From positions 256,001-320,000 of the forward strand of contig CAVWWD010000005.1 in the NCBI GenBank assembly GCA_963758635.1: a DNA stretch of 64,000 nt, in the 5' to 3' direction. The DNA comes from an uncultured Candidatus Rokubacteria bacterium (lineage in GTDB: Bacteria > Methylomirabilota > Methylomirabilia > Rokubacteriales > CSP1-6). Shown here one piece after another: positions 1 through 9,757 of the stretch; the first letter of the stretch is position 1, and each line of letters starts with the position of its first letter. Made by a program: the position numbers and the translations under genes. Below the pieces are notes generated by a model that was not told the origin of the DNA, did not search any database, and was given only the letters and a program-made list of their open reading frames with translations.

Positions 1-32
1 TCGACGTGATCTTCCGCCTGCGCTTCCGATGA
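1..32 (+). CDS. 3' end of upstream gene (…DVIFRLRFR*), possibly TamB/AsmA-like, partial
   Basis: Frame ends in TGA overlapping the ATG at 29 (ATGA coupling); beta-strand-like C-terminus next to an Omp85 gene. Confidence 0.35.
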   Translation, partial: DVIFRLRFR

Positions 33-2768
33 TCCTGCGGGCCGCGCTCTGGACGGTCGCGTTCGCGCTGGCCCTCGTTCCGAGCGCCGCCGTCGCCGCG
101 CCGTCCGTCGTGACCGGCGTGGACCTGCTCTCGCCGCACCGGCTGCCCGAGGAGCGCGTGCGCAGCGCCATCGGCGACCTCGCGGGCAAGCCCCTCGCGC
201 GCGCCGCCGTGCGCGCCAGCGTCGAGCGGCTGTGGGCCCTCGGGCTCTTCGAGGCCATCCGCGTGGACGAGGTCCCGGACGCGGCGGGCATCCGCCTCGC
301 GTACCACGTGATGCGGCGGCCCCTCGTGCGTACGGTCCGCTGGGACGGAGAGACGGGCCTTGACCTCGCCGACGTGGCCGCCGCCGCGGGACTGGCCATT
401 GGCGACGACGCGTCGCCGGGCACGCTGGACCGCGTGCGCCGGAGCCTGCTCGCGCGCTACCGTCGCGAGGGCTTCCTGGGCGCGAAGGTCGTCGTCCACG
501 CCGAGGAGACGCCGCACACCGAACGAGCGCGACGTCACCGTCACCCTCGAGGCGGGCGAGCGCGCGCGCCTCGGGCACGTGGAGTTCGCGGGCGAGCCCG
601 GGCTCACGCCGTCCAAGCTGGCGCGGCTGTCCCGGCTGCGTGAGGGCGCCCGGTACCGCGACCTGCTCGTCCGCGACGGGGTCCGGGCCATCGAGGACCA
701 CCTGCGGGCCGAGGGCTTCTACGAGGCGCGGGCGACGCCCGGCGCGCCGCGCTGGCAGCCCGAGGAAAACCGCGTGGACCTCGAGGTCGAGGTCCGCGCC
801 GGGCCCAGGTTCCAGGTCGAGTTCCGCGGGCGCACCGCGCTCTCCGAGAAAGCGCTCCGCTCCCAGCTCACGTTCGCCCAGTCCGGGCGAGCCGACGAGT
901 TCGAGCAGCAGGCGAGCGGCCGGCAGATCGAGGCGGCCTACCGGGAGCAGGGGTATCACTTCGCGCAGGTGACCGTCGTCCCTCCCGCGGGCGACGGCAG
1001 CCACGTGCTCGGCTTCGCGATCGAGGAGGGCCCGCGGGTCCGCGTGGAGTCGGTCACCTTCACCGGCAACCTGACCGAGCCGGACGCGCGGCTCGCCAAG
1101 GTCATCGAGACCGCGCCGCCCGGCCTGTTCCACCGCGGCCTCTTCCGCGCCGAGGCGCTGGACACGGACGTCCGCGTGCTGCTCGCCCACCTGCGCGCCC
1201 AGGGATACCCGGACGCGACGGTGGGCCCGACCGAGATCGCCTTCTCCGAGGACCGCACCCAGGTCCGCGTCACCATCCCCGTGACCGAGGGGCCGCGCCT
1301 GCGCGTCGCCTCGGTGCAGGTGCTGGGCGCGAGCGTGCTGAGCCCGGCGCTGCTCGCCGCCGCCTCCGTCCTGAAGCCGGGCGACGCGTGGGACGCCGAG
1401 CGCGCCCGCGCCGGCCAGCGCGCCATGGAGCGTCTCTACGCGGGCCGTGCCCATCACGGGGCGACCGTCGCCCTGGAGTCGCGCCGGGGCGACGCCGGCG
1501 TGGAGCTGACCTATCGCGCCGACGAGGGTGCGCCCACGCGCATCGGCCGCATCCTCGTGCGTGGCCTCGCGATCACGCGCGAGTCGGTGGTCCGGCGCGA
1601 CCTGCCATTCCGGGAGGGCGACCTCCTGAGCACGGAAAGGCTCCTCGAGGGCCAGCGTCGCCTGGGCGAGCTGCCGGCCTTCGCCTCGGTCTCGATCGAC
1701 CCGCTCCGCCCGCCGCCGGCGCCGTTCGCGGACGTGGAGGTGTCCCTCCGCGAGCGCAAGCCGTGGCACCTCGACTTCGGGCTCGGCTACGGAACCGAGG
1801 ACGGCGCGCGCGGCTTCGTCGAGATCGGCCACGACAACGTCTTCGGCACCGCGGCCAGCGTGAGCCTCCGCCAGCGCGTGAGCGCGGGCGGTCAGTCGAT
1901 CGGCTTCGCCCAGCGGACCGACGCCCTCGGCCGCATCCCGCGAATCCTGGGCACGCCGTGGTGGGTGGAGCTGAACCCGTTCCAGGGCTCGGCGGAGCGG
2001 ATCGGCTACGACGTGGCGGAGTTCGGCGTCCGCCTCGGCGCCCATCGCGACCTCTTTCCCGAGTGGGTGAAAGGCCTCCGCGGCGAGTTCCGCTATCGCG
2101 TGGAGTCCATCCGCTACTCGAACGTGGATCCGACCCTCGCCGAGGCGGACGTGACGGAGGGGACCGAGCTGGTGGCGAGCGTGAGCCCGATCCTCACCCT
2201 CGACCGCCGCGACGAGCCCCTCGATCCCACGCGCGGCAGCCTGCACCGGGTCTCGGTGGAGGTGGGCAGCGCCGTGCTCGGGAGCGACATCGACTTCGTC
2301 AAGACGCGGCTGGAGACCCGGTGGTTCCTGCCGTGGCTCGCTCCCGTCACCGTCGTGCTGGCCGCGCGGCTCGGGCTCGCCGCGCCGTACGCGGGCAGCC
2401 CGGCGCTCGCGATCCAGGACCGCTTCTACGCGGGGGGCGCGTCCACCGTGCGCGGATACCGAGAGGACCGGATCGGCCCGCTCGACGCGCGCGGCAACCC
2501 CACCGGCGGCAACGGGCTCGCGATCTTCAACCTGGAGACACGATTTCCGATCTGGCGATGGCTCGGCGGCACCGTGTTCGTCGACACCGGGGCGGTCACG
2601 CCCCGCGTCGAGGATCTCTGGTCCGGCCCGTTTCACACCGGCGTGGGCGCCGGCCTGCGCATCAAGACGCCGGTCGGGCCCCTGCGGGTGGACGTGGGCT
2701 ATGCGCTCCGGCCCGTCCCCGGCGAATCCCGCACCCAGGTGCACGTCACGGTGGGGAACCCGTTCTGA
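29..2768 (+). CDS. Omp85/BamA-TamA family outer-membrane assembly protein (POTRA repeats + beta-barrel); one frameshift near 520
   Basis: Signal peptide and POTRA-like segments in ORF 29..643 continue in ORF 360..2768; barrel motifs RFYAGGASTVRGY, TPVGPLRVDVG, C-terminal Phe. Confidence 0.85.
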
Positions 2769-3412
2769 TGGGCGCGCGGGCCGCGGCGGCCCTCGCCTGG
2801 GCGGTCCTGGCGCTCCTCGCCGGGCCGGCCACGGCCCAGAGCGGACGGTCCGTGGACGCGGCGATCGCCTCGACGCGGGGCGCCCTCGTCACGCTGAGCG
2901 ACGTGACGCTGGCGCGAGCCCTCGGCCTCTTCGGGCTCACGCCGTCGGCGGGGCCCGTCACCCGCGCCGAGGTCGACCGCTACCTGGACGCCCGGCTGGC
3001 CGTTCGCGAGGCCGAGCAGCTGGCGGTGGCCGTGCCCGCCGAGGAGTCGGCCCGGGCATGGGAGGCCGCCGGCGGCGCCGCGCTCACCGCCCGCCTCGAG
3101 GCCGCGGGCATCGACGCCGCGTGGGCCCGCGCGATGATCGAGGACGAGGTCAAGGTCAGGCGATTCGTCGAGCTGCGCTTCCAGGCCTTCGCGTTCGTGA
3201 CGGAGCCGGAGGTCGACGAGGCCCTCGGGCCGGGACCGCACGACGAGGCGGCGCGGCGCGCCGCGCGCGAGCGTCTGCGGGACGAGCGGGCCGCGCGCGC
3301 GCTCGCGGAGTGGACGACCGAGGCGCGGGGCCGTGCGCGCGTCCGCGTGCTCGACGCCTCGGGAGGGCCGTGGCCGGCCCCGTTCGTGCTCGCGCCGGCC
3401 TCGGATCGCTGA
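2768..3412 (+). CDS. Secreted hypothetical protein, SurA N-terminal-like
   Basis: TGATG overlap with the Omp85 stop; signal peptide MGARAAAALAWAVLALLAGPATA; VDAAIAS…VTLSDV and FVELRF…VTEPEV resemble SurA N-domain proteins. Confidence 0.55.
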   Translation: MGARAAAALAWAVLALLAGPATAQSGRSVDAAIASTRGALVTLSDVTLARALGLFGLTPSAGPVTRAEVDRYLDARLAVREAEQLAVAVPAEESARAWEAAGGAALTARLEAAGIDAAWARAMIEDEVKVRRFVELRFQAFAFVTEPEVDEALGPGPHDEAARRAARERLRDERAARALAEWTTEARGRARVRVLDASGGPWPAPFVLAPASDR

Positions 3413-3431
3413 GGGGCGGCGCGCGCACTCG

Positions 3432-3509
3432 TGAGCCCCGCGCATCAGACTAGTGCCGAGCGGTGGGACTGTAGAGGCCCGTGGCGGTGACCGCATTCTG
3501 CGAGGGTCA
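3432..3509 (+). repeat. Dispersed ~78-bp hairpin element, copy A
   Basis: TGAGCCCCGCGCATCAGAC…GCCGAGCGGTGGGACTGTAGAGGCCCGTGGCGGTGACCGCATTCTGCGAGGGTCA, near-identical to 4 other loci. Confidence 0.95.
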
Positions 3510-3556
3510 TTCGAGCGGACGGCCTGGTCTGCCGTCCTCCCGGGTGAGGCGCCGAC

Positions 3557-4185
3557 TCACTTCTGGAAGGGGTAGACGACCTTCCAGTCCTGCTTCATGT
3601 CCACCACGGTCCACCCCTTCTGGGTCGCCTCGTCGAGCGCCTTGTCGAGGCGGCCGATGGACGACTGGCGGTCGTACGCCCATTCGCGCTCGGCATCGGT
3701 GTGGCGGACGATGCCCATGAATCGCGCACCGTCGCCGGCCGCCGTCCACTGGAGCATCTGATGATCGCCGTCCGAGTTGCCGAAGGCGAGGATGGGCCGG
3801 CGCCCGATGAACCGGTGGATGCCCACCGGCTTCCCCGCCTTGTCGTCCATGAGGTTGAGCTTCGCCAGCTTCACCAGCACCGGCTTGCCGTCACGGACCT
3901 CGAGCTTCGTCTCGCCCACGCTGCCCACGACCTGCTCGGGTGGGATGCCGTAGACCTCCTCGGCGAAGACGCGCATGAAGTCGGCCCCGCCCCCGGACAC
4001 GATGTAGGTCTTGAAGCCGCTGGCGCGCAGGTAGGCGAGGAGCTCGAGCATGGGCTGGTAGACGAGCTCGGTGTACCGGCGCTGGAATCGCGGGTGCCGG
4101 GCCCGAGCCACCCAGTCCTTCACGGACTGCGCGAACTCGTCGGTCGTCATCCCGGCGTGCGTGGCCGCCATCACCTCCATGAGGT
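3557..4185 (-). pseudogene. HAD-family hydrolase, C-terminal fragment only (5' part missing)
   Basis: VYQPMLELLAYLRASGFKTYIVSGGG, AFGNSDGD, HTDAEREWAYDR, WTVVDMKQDW; no N-terminal DxD motif; upstream sequence is the antisense of a kinase fragment. Confidence 0.8.
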
Positions 4186-4926
4186 GTTCGCCAACGCCAT
4201 GGATCGACAGCGGAGCGCGCTGGCGGCGCGGGAGAGCGACGCGCAGATCCGCGCCCTCGCCGGGCGCCTCCTGACCGCGCAGGAGGGGGAGCGCCGCCGC
4301 ATCGCGCGCGAGCTGCACGACGGGGTCAACCAGGAGCTGGCGGCCATGGCCATCGCGCTGAGCACGCTCGACGGCCGGCTGCCCGGCGACACCGCGTCCG
4401 ACCTGCGCCGCGAGATCGCGGGTCTGGAGGCGCGCGCCGTCAAGGCGGCCGAGGAGATCCGGAGCCTCTCGCACGCGCTCCACCCCGGCGTGCTCGAGCA
4501 CGCGGGCCTGGTCGCCACCCTGCGCGGCTACTGCGGACGATTCGAGGGCGAGCACGCTCTTCCCGTGACGTTCCGCGCCGACGGAGACCTGACGACCGTC
4601 CCGGCCGACGTCGCGCTCTGTCTCTACCGGGTGACGCAGGAGGGCCTCGGCAACGTCGCGCGGCACTCGGGGGCGCGCCACGCCCGGGTGGCGGTACGCG
4701 CGCGGGCGACGACGTGATCCTGACGATCGACGACGACGGCCACGGGTTCGACCTCGCCGAGGCGCGCCGGCGCCGCGGCCTGGGCCTGATCAGCCTCGAC
4801 GAGCGCGTGCGCCTCGTCCGCGGCTCGCTCACGATCGACACGCGCCCGCAGGCGGGCACCGGGCTCCGCGTCGTGGTGCCGCTCTCGGAGGCCCTGGACG
4901 CCACGAGCGAGCGTGCGGCTCGCTGA
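4181..4926 (+). pseudogene. NarX/UhpB-type (HisKA_3) sensor histidine kinase, C-terminal fragment with frameshift near 4705
   Basis: AQEGERRRIARELHDGVNQ (H-box), YRVTQEGLGNVARHS (N-box), IDDDGHGFD, GLGLISLDERVRLVRG; no start codon or sensor domain. Confidence 0.8.
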
Positions 4927-4936
4927 CGACCACGCC
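4898..4936 (+). pseudogene. Remnant N-terminus of NarL-type response regulator
   Basis: GGAGG RBS then ACG-CCA-CGA-GCG-AGC-GTG-CGG-CTC-GCT-GAC-GAC-CAC-GCC = (M>T)PRASV(L>R)LADDHA, then similarity stops. Confidence 0.55.
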
Positions 4937-4961
4937 CCCGCGCGCGGCCCCGGGAACGGGC

Positions 4962-5792
4962 TCAGCCCGGGATCTGCGCCTCCTCGGGGAGCTTCTCCCA
5001 CACCGGCGTCCACGCGGGCACGGAGAGGCCCGCGGCCGCGGCGAGGCCGGTGACCTCCTTCGCGAAAGCCTGGCGGACCTCGTCGTTGTCGCGCGCCTTG
5101 AGGCGGAACTTGCGGTAGACCGCGTTCCTCGCCGAGCCGGGCCGGCCGAAGATGTTCATGGTGCGGACGAACCACTTGTCCAGCGCGGCCTGGGCCTCCG
5201 GGCGGGTGGCGGGATCCCCGGCGAGGCGCTGGACCCACAGCTCGCCGTGCCGGATGTGCATCTTCTCCTCCTTGAAGATGCCCTCGATGGCGCGGACCCA
5301 CGGGCCGTACGAGCAGTGGCGCACGTCCTCGAGCTGGTGGCCGGCGCCCCGGTCCATGCAGAAATTGAAGAAGACGAAGTCCGACCACCGGTCGATCGGG
5401 TAGTAGAAGATGTTCACGCGCTTGTCGTCGGCGGCCCGCGAGGTGCCGATGTCCGCGGCGTCGGGGAGCCGCATCGTGAAGTCGTGCCGCGCGATGTGGG
5501 CGGACACGTCCACGCCCAGGTCCTCGAGGAGCCCGTACATCACGTGGGCGTGGCGCACCTCGTCCTTCACGATCTGGGCGACCACGTGCTTCTCCTCGAT
5601 CGAGGGCGCCTTCATGATCCACGGCACGTAGCCGAAGCCGCCCGCCAGCTCCGAGTCGGCCTGCATGGTCATGAGGTGGACGAGACTCCGCTTGTACTCC
5701 TCGGTCATGTCGTCGGGCGACTCGATGCGCTCGCCGGCCTCGATCCGCTCGAGCAGGCGACGCTCGTCCGTCTGCGTGACGCTCATGGTCAT
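4962..5792 (-). CDS. PaaA/BoxB-like di-iron (ferritin-like) aryl-CoA epoxidase subunit
   Basis: QADSELAG, KAPSIEEK, KDEVRHA, MDRGAGHQL, CSYGPWVRA, EEKMHIRHG; GAGGAG RBS; follows paaK-like gene. Confidence 0.75.
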   Translation of the reverse strand: MTMSVTQTDERRLLERIEAGERIESPDDMTEEYKRSLVHLMTMQADSELAGGFGYVPWIMKAPSIEEKHVVAQIVKDEVRHAHVMYGLLEDLGVDVSAHIARHDFTMRLPDAADIGTSRAADDKRVNIFYYPIDRWSDFVFFNFCMDRGAGHQLEDVRHCSYGPWVRAIEGIFKEEKMHIRHGELWVQRLAGDPATRPEAQAALDKWFVRTMNIFGRPGSARNAVYRKFRLKARDNDEVRQAFAKEVTGLAAAAGLSVPAWTPVWEKLPEEAQIPG

Positions 5793-6277
5793 CTCCTCTC
5801 CACGACCCGCACGGCCTTCCCCTCGCTGCGGGGGATGGTCTTCGGGGGCACGATGGCGACTTCGGGGTTGAGGCCCAGATGGCGGCGCAGGCACTCCGAC
5901 ACGCGCGCGGAGAGCACCGCGACCTCGGCGCGGGAGGTGTCGAAGCCGCCCCACTCGCCGACGATGCCTCGGCGGGCTCCACGTGGACGGCGAGCGTGGG
6001 GAAGGCCTGCGTGCGATCCACCACCAGCTGATAGTGCGGCCCGAGGTCGGGGAGCGTGAGCAGCGCGGCCTCGAGCTGGGACGGGTAGACGTTGACGCCG
6101 CGGATGACGAGCATGTCGTCGGTGCGGCCCTTGACCCGGCCATGCGGGCGGTGGTGCGCCCGCAGGGGCACGGCGAGGGATCGAGCGCGGTCACGTCGCC
6201 GGTGCGGTAGCGGATCACCGGCAGCGCCTCCTTGGTGAGGCTGGCGACATCGTCTCCGCCCCGACGTTCCAGATCAC
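5789..6277 (-). pseudogene. paaK: Phenylacetate-CoA ligase with large internal deletion and frameshifts
   Basis: N-terminus MIWNVGAETMS joined directly to SLTKEALPVIRYRTGD, GRTDDMLVIRGVNVYPSQLE, TIPRSEGKAVRVVE; the AMP-binding core is absent. Confidence 0.75.
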
Positions 6278-6281
6278 GGCG

Positions 6282-6569
6282 TCACCGCACCGCCACCGCC
6301 TTGACCAGCCACGTCTGCCGCTCGAGGAACCGCGCGATGGTCTCGAGGAGACGGCCGTCGGCGCCGCCGTCGAGGCTCACCCGGTCCGGCACGACGTACC
6401 GGACCTCCCGGTAGGAGACGAGCACGCGAACCAGCGTGCGCACGCGCTGGTCGGGCGCGAGGAGGCCTCGGCGGCCCGGGTCGCCGACGCCGGGGTCCCA
6501 GTCGGGCTGGAAGGTCAGGCGGATGTCGCGCGGAAGAAGGGCGGCGGCGGGGCCGGCCTCCGCCATCAT
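6282..6569 (-). CDS. Hypothetical protein (95 aa)
   Basis: Coding-like composition, packed directly upstream of the paaK start. Confidence 0.55.
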   Translation of the reverse strand: MMAEAGPAAALLPRDIRLTFQPDWDPGVGDPGRRGLLAPDQRVRTLVRVLVSYREVRYVVPDRVSLDGGADGRLLETIARFLERQTWLVKAVAVR

Positions 6570-6670
6570 GCCGTCCCGCAGTCAGGTTGGGGCGGAATGC
6601 GGATCTTGACGCCGGCGAGCGGGCCGACACCACGATTCTGCGTGCACGCGGGGTGCTGTCTCCCCATTCT

Positions 6671-7813
6671 TCACATTCCGCAGAGGCGCTCGTAGTGGCC
6701 CACGAGGGCGGCGACCTGGGCGACCGCGCAGAAGTCGCGCTCGGCCACGCGCCGCGCCGCCTCCGCCATGGCGTGCCGGCGGTCGGCGTCGAGCAGCAGC
6801 GCGATGGCCGCGTCCGCCATCTCCGCGGCGTCGGCCTTGGTGAGGACGCCCGTCTCGCCGTCCTGGACGACCTCCTCCACGCCGGAGGCCCGCACCGCCA
6901 CCGCGGGCAGCCCGCACGCGTGGGCCTCGGCGAGCACGAGGCCCTGGGTCTCGGTCTCCGAGGCGAAGAGGAAGAGGTCGGCGGCCTGGTAGTACGGCGG
7001 CAGCTCGGCGGGGTCGCGGCCGCCGGCGAAGTGGATCCGCGCCGCCGCCGGTCCTCCCCGTGCGCGGCGGGCGAGCGCCTCGGCGTGGCTCCCCTGGCCC
7101 GCGAGCACGAGCCGCGCGTCGGGCAGCGCGTCGGCGACCAGCGCGAACGCGTCGAGCACGCGCTCCACGCTCTTCTCGCGGTCGAGGCGCCCCACGTAGA
7201 GGCACACTGGCCCGTCGCCGGGCAGGCCGACCCGGTCGCGCGCGGCGCGACGATCGCCGGGACGGAAGCGTAGGAGGTCCACGCCGGTGGGCACCACGGC
7301 CACGGGCGCCCGCACCCCGCGCGCGACGAGCGTGTCCGCGATGCGCGCCGACGGCGCCACGACGAGGTCGGCCGACGCGGCGAAGCGGCACGAGAGGCGC
7401 ACGGCCAGGGCGGCCACGACGCGCTCGGGCAGCGGGACGTAGTGCGCGTACTTCTCGTAGCGCGTGTGGTACGTGAACACGAGCGGGCGCCCGAGCCGGC
7501 GGGCGAGCCGCCGGGCCGTGGGCCCGAGGAGGAAGGGATGCTGGGCGTGGATCACGTCGGGGGCGAGGCGCCGCGCCGTCCGGGCGAGGGACCAGGACAC
7601 GGGCAGCGGCACCGCGAAGCCCGGGTACGTGGGCGCGGAGATCGACGGGTAGCGGAAGACGCCGGGCGGGTCGGCGAACGGGGCGCACGGCGCCGGGGCG
7701 AACACCCACGACTCGTGACCGAGCCCGTGGAGCCCCTGGCGGAGGGTCTCTACCGCGGTGGTGACGCCTCCCCGGAAGGGCAGGTAGTTGTTCGTGAAGA
7801 GCGCGACGCGCAT
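6671..7813 (-). CDS. GT4 glycosyltransferase (diacylglycerol glucosyltransferase-like)
   Basis: MRVALFTNNYLP…GGV, FTYHTRYE, YVGRLDREKS, FASETETQGLVLAEA. Confidence 0.9.
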   Translation of the reverse strand: MRVALFTNNYLPFRGGVTTAVETLRQGLHGLGHESWVFAPAPCAPFADPPGVFRYPSISAPTYPGFAVPLPVSWSLARTARRLAPDVIHAQHPFLLGPTARRLARRLGRPLVFTYHTRYEKYAHYVPLPERVVAALAVRLSCRFAASADLVVAPSARIADTLVARGVRAPVAVVPTGVDLLRFRPGDRRAARDRVGLPGDGPVCLYVGRLDREKSVERVLDAFALVADALPDARLVLAGQGSHAEALARRARGGPAAARIHFAGGRDPAELPPYYQAADLFLFASETETQGLVLAEAHACGLPAVAVRASGVEEVVQDGETGVLTKADAAEMADAAIALLLDADRRHAMAEAARRVAERDFCAVAQVAALVGHYERLCGM

Positions 7814-7820
7814 CCGGCGC

Positions 7821-8357
7821 TCATTCGGGCTTTCCCGGGTCCTTGCCGCGCTCCATGAAGTCCCCGGGCTTGATCGAGTCCAGCCACTCCTTGACCTTCG
7901 CCTCCTCCTCCACCTTCGGCGTGTCCTCGCCGCCCGCGCTCGACTCCTCCGCCGCGACCTCGACCTTCTGGGCGCGCTGGACCACGTCCTCGTTGACGAA
8001 GATGGGCGCGGCCACGCGAAGCGCGAGCGCGATGGCGTCCGAGGGCCGCGAGTCGACGGTGATCTCCGCGCCCCCGAGCTGCAGGTGGATCATCGCGTAG
8101 AAGGTGTTCTTGCGCAGGTCGGTCACGACCACCTTGAGCACGCGGGCCTTCAGGGACTCGAGGATGCTCTTGATGAGGTCGTGGGTCATCGGACGCGCGG
8201 TGGGGATCTTCTCGAGCTCGATGGCGATGGCGTTGGCCTCGGCCATGCCGACCCAGATCGGGAACGAGCGCTTGTCCTCGTGGTCGGACAGGACGAGCAC
8301 GGGCAGGTTCGAGACCGGATCCAGCGCGAGCTGCTTGACCTTCATCTCGACCCACAT
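7821..8357 (-). CDS. Bifunctional nuclease family protein (DUF151/BFN)
   Basis: PIWVGMAEANAI, RPMTHDL, DSRPSDAIALALR. Confidence 0.92.
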   Translation of the reverse strand: MWVEMKVKQLALDPVSNLPVLVLSDHEDKRSFPIWVGMAEANAIAIELEKIPTARPMTHDLIKSILESLKARVLKVVVTDLRKNTFYAMIHLQLGGAEITVDSRPSDAIALALRVAAPIFVNEDVVQRAQKVEVAAEESSAGGEDTPKVEEEAKVKEWLDSIKPGDFMERGKDPGKPE

Positions 8358-8369
8358 GACGGGCTCCTC

Positions 8370-9707
8370 CTACGCCGCGGACTCGACGGCGGGCGCATCG
8401 ACGAGCTCTCCGCGCAGGCTGTGCGGCAGCGCCTGACGGATCCGGACGGGGACGACCTCGCCCTGGAAGTCGCGCCCCTCGGGATCGAAGTTGACGACAC
8501 GGTTGCACGGCGTGCGCCCGGTGGCCTCCGCGGGGTTCCGGCGCGACGCGCCTTCCACCAGGATGTCCATCACCCGCCCCTCGAGGGCCCGGCTCCGCTC
8601 CGCGGCCACCCGGCCCGCGACCTCGAGGATCCGGGTGTTGCGCGCGGCCTTGACCGTGTCGGGCACCTGGTCGGGCATGGCCGCGGCCGGCGTGCCGGGC
8701 CGGCGCGAGTAGCGGAAGGCGAAGACGTTGTCGTACCCGACCCGCTCGACCATCGCCACGGTGGCCTCGAAGTCGGCGTCGGTCTCCCCCGGGAAGCCCA
8801 CGATGAGATCGGTCGAGAGCGCGAGGTCGGGCACGGTGGCCCGCAGCTCCTCGATGAGGGCCAGGTAGTCGCCGCGCGTGTAGCCCCGGTTCATGGCCTC
8901 GAGGATCCGGTCCGATCCCGACTGCAGCGGCAGGTGCAGATACCGCATCACCTTGGGCAGGTCGCGGAGCGCGCGGATCAGCCGCGAGGTCAGGTTGTAC
9001 GGGTTCGACGTGGTGAACCGGATGCGCGCGATGCCGGGGATCTCGCTCACGCGCTCGAGAAGATCGGCGAGGTCGGTGGCCGGGTGGAGGTCACGCCCGT
9101 AGGCGTTGACGGTCTGGCCGAGCAGCGTGACCTCGCGGCAGCCGGCGGCGACGAGGCCGCGGATCTCCTCGACCACCGTCTCGGGCGGATGGCTGCGCTC
9201 GCGGCCGCGCGTCGTCGGCACGACGCAGAACGTGCAGTGCTTCTCGCACCCCTCCATCACGGTCACGAAGGCCTTGAGCCGCGGGCCCTCCGTGGGTCGC
9301 GCGAGGATCTTGACGAGCGGCCCCTCGCCGGTGTCGAGGATCGGGCGTCGCTCCGCGCGGGCCCGCGCCACCAGGTCCTGGACGCGCGCGATGGCCGGCG
9401 AGCCGAACACGAGGTCCACGTAGGGCGCGCGCTCCTGGATGCGCTCCTGCTGGAGCTGGGCCATGCAGCCCATGACGCCGATGATGAGCTCGGGATTCTT
9501 CCGCTTGAGGTGCTTGAGGGCGCCGAGCTGGGAGAACACCTTCTCCTCGGCCTTCTCGCGGATCGAGCAGGTGTTCAACAGGATCACGTCGGCCTCGTCG
9601 GCCCGGTCGGTGAGCTCGTAGTCGGAGCGGCCGAGCAGGCCGGCGACCCGCTCGGAGTCGTACTCGTTCATCTGGCAGCCGTACGTGATCAGGTGGAGTT
9701 TGGACAT
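8370..9707 (-). CDS. miaB: tRNA-2-methylthio-N6-isopentenyladenosine synthase
   Basis: TYGCQMNEYDSE, NTCSIREKAE, GCEKHCTFCVVP radical-SAM motif, C-terminal TRAM domain. Confidence 0.96.
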   Translation of the reverse strand: MSKLHLITYGCQMNEYDSERVAGLLGRSDYELTDRADEADVILLNTCSIREKAEEKVFSQLGALKHLKRKNPELIIGVMGCMAQLQQERIQERAPYVDLVFGSPAIARVQDLVARARAERRPILDTGEGPLVKILARPTEGPRLKAFVTVMEGCEKHCTFCVVPTTRGRERSHPPETVVEEIRGLVAAGCREVTLLGQTVNAYGRDLHPATDLADLLERVSEIPGIARIRFTTSNPYNLTSRLIRALRDLPKVMRYLHLPLQSGSDRILEAMNRGYTRGDYLALIEELRATVPDLALSTDLIVGFPGETDADFEATVAMVERVGYDNVFAFRYSRRPGTPAAAMPDQVPDTVKAARNTRILEVAGRVAAERSRALEGRVMDILVEGASRRNPAEATGRTPCNRVVNFDPEGRDFQGEVVPVRIRQALPHSLRGELVDAPAVESAA

Positions 9708-9721
9708 GAAATTCAGGAGTT

Positions 9722-9750
9722 ACGTTAGCATCCGCTCCCGGTGATGTCAA
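9722..9750 (-). promoter_or_regulatory. sigma70-type promoter of miaB
   Basis: TTGACA-N17-TAACGT with extended TG. Confidence 0.7.
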
Positions 9751-9757
9751 AGAGCGG

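Noticed and set aside
3557..4717. A genuine 374-aa HAD protein or 338-aa kinase as predicted by the ORF track
   Set aside because: Each ORF's N-terminal half is merely the antisense of the other gene fragment
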